Of a stretch of DNA of 64,000 bases, positions 62,907 through 64,000 are shown piece by piece. How positions within the stretch are numbered: the first letter of the stretch is position 1; each line of letters starts with the position of its first letter. This stretch comes from an uncultured Holophagales bacterium (GTDB taxonomy: Bacteria > Acidobacteriota > Thermoanaerobaculia > Multivoradales > UBA5704): contig CAWJGT010000011.1 of NCBI GenBank assembly GCA_963842525.1, positions 64,001 through 128,000 on the forward strand, given 5' to 3'. A model generated the notes under the pieces. It saw only the letters and a list, made by a program, of their open reading frames with translations. It made no database searches and was not told the origin of the DNA. Both the position numbers and the translations under genes were made by a program.

Positions 62907-63526
62907 GGTGGAGCATGGATTCGACGAGGAGGGATGAATCGATGAGGAGGGTGCCACGGGCTGAGTGTTCGGTGAGCGCGGCGGGCGCGGCGGGCGAAGC
63001 CGGATTCTCGTTGATCGAGGCGCTGATCGCCGCCGCCATCCTGCTGATCATCGCCATGGGCATGGTCCCGCTGTTCAAGCGGTCGATCGACAACAACGCG
63101 CTGGGCAGCGACTACACCCAGGCGACGTCCTACGCGAAGACCAACATCGAGGACCTGCTGGAGGTCCCGTTCGAGAGCAACGACATGGTGCTGCCCAACG
63201 GCGCCGGCAGCCTCACGAACGTCCGCTTCCTGCAGAAGGGGATCCAGACCGGCGCGCCCACCCGCTGGCAGGACTGGGTGGACACGGCGGTCACCACCAG
63301 GCCGGTCATCTGGACCCGGACGACGCAGGTGCGCCAGTTCGGCGTCGCTGCGTACGACGACGGGATCCTGGACGACGCGGAAGCCCTGCCCGGAGGCACG
63401 GACGAGTCCTTCGTGCAGATCCAGGAGATCTCGTCCGTCCTGGACAGCGGCAAGGCGGTGGCTGGCCGGCGCGGCGGGGCGTCCGCCGTGGGGCGGATGA
63501 CCTTCCAGTTGATGAAGCCCTTCTGA
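62903..63526 (+). CDS. Minor pilin, PilV-like (start uncertain)
   Basis: AG|FSLIEALIAAAILL. Confidence 0.82.
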   Translation: MRWSMDSTRRDESMRRVPRAECSVSAAGAAGEAGFSLIEALIAAAILLIIAMGMVPLFKRSIDNNALGSDYTQATSYAKTNIEDLLEVPFESNDMVLPNGAGSLTNVRFLQKGIQTGAPTRWQDWVDTAVTTRPVIWTRTTQVRQFGVAAYDDGILDDAEALPGGTDESFVQIQEISSVLDSGKAVAGRRGGASAVGRMTFQLMKPF

Positions 63527-63547
63527 GGGAGAAGGAAGGAGAAGGAA

Positions 63548-64000
63548 ATGCCTGATCTCCGGTCTCGCAGCTCGCAGGCGGGCTTCACGATGGTCGAGCT
63601 CATCGTTGCCCTGCTGGTGGTCGTCCAGGTCCTCGTCGCCGTCCTGGTGCTGTTCGACTTCGTCAACAAGATCTCCCGTGTCCAGACCAACGTCTCGGAC
63701 ATGCAGCAGTCGCTCCGCACGGCGCAGTCGGAGATGGAGCGCGTCATCCGCATGGCGGGCCGCGGGGGCATCCCGATGTCCACGGCCCTGCCGCTGGGCA
63801 ACGCCCTCTGGGTGGTCGACAACGTGGCCGCCAACGCGCGGATCGCCGGCGCGACCTCTCCGCAGGTCGTCGCCGGCTCCGACGTCCTGGTCGTGCGCGG
63901 CGTCTTCGCGAGCCCGATGTACCAGATCAACTCCCTCGGCATGGGGGTCTTCACCCTTAAGGATGCGGCCAACAATCCGACCCTGGATCCGGCGCAGGCC
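63548..64000 (+). CDS. Minor pilin, PilW-like (partial, runs off window)
   Basis: MPDLRSRSSQAG|FTMVELIVAL...MQQSLR...IRMAG. Confidence 0.82.
   Translation, partial: MPDLRSRSSQAGFTMVELIVALLVVVQVLVAVLVLFDFVNKISRVQTNVSDMQQSLRTAQSEMERVIRMAGRGGIPMSTALPLGNALWVVDNVAANARIAGATSPQVVAGSDVLVVRGVFASPMYQINSLGMGVFTLKDAANNPTLDPAQA

Overview
A GC-rich bacterial window, most likely Acidobacteriota (Thermoanaerobaculia-like; inferred from an ADOP-type permease and expanded HTH/TPR families). Many genes carry single-base frameshifts typical of an unpolished long-read assembly. Core content: glnA, an sxtJ/sxtI/sxtK-like carbamoyltransferase triad, a GGDEF protein, a TonB-dependent receptor, futalosine-pathway genes (mqnE, ubiA-like, ubiX), dNK-panBCD with an attenuator-like leader, several GT-C-like membrane proteins, and a type IV pilus region (four pilin genes from a tandem duplication, pilD, a PilS-like kinase, minor pilins, five sigma54 promoters). 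Accessory content: (i) a His-Xaa-Ser radical-SAM RiPP-like island whose precursor has an extra C-terminal domain and whose HxsB has an in-frame internal deletion, followed by two VapBC modules; (ii) a REP-flanked Y1 transposase; (iii) at about 52.4-59.2 kb, the best candidate for an undescribed system, two paralogous HTH-TPR regulators bracketing a small secreted pre-pro-peptide with two GCxIDPxGRC cores, plus a third TPR paralogue and small accessory genes. This resembles RRNPP peptide signalling, but in a probable diderm.
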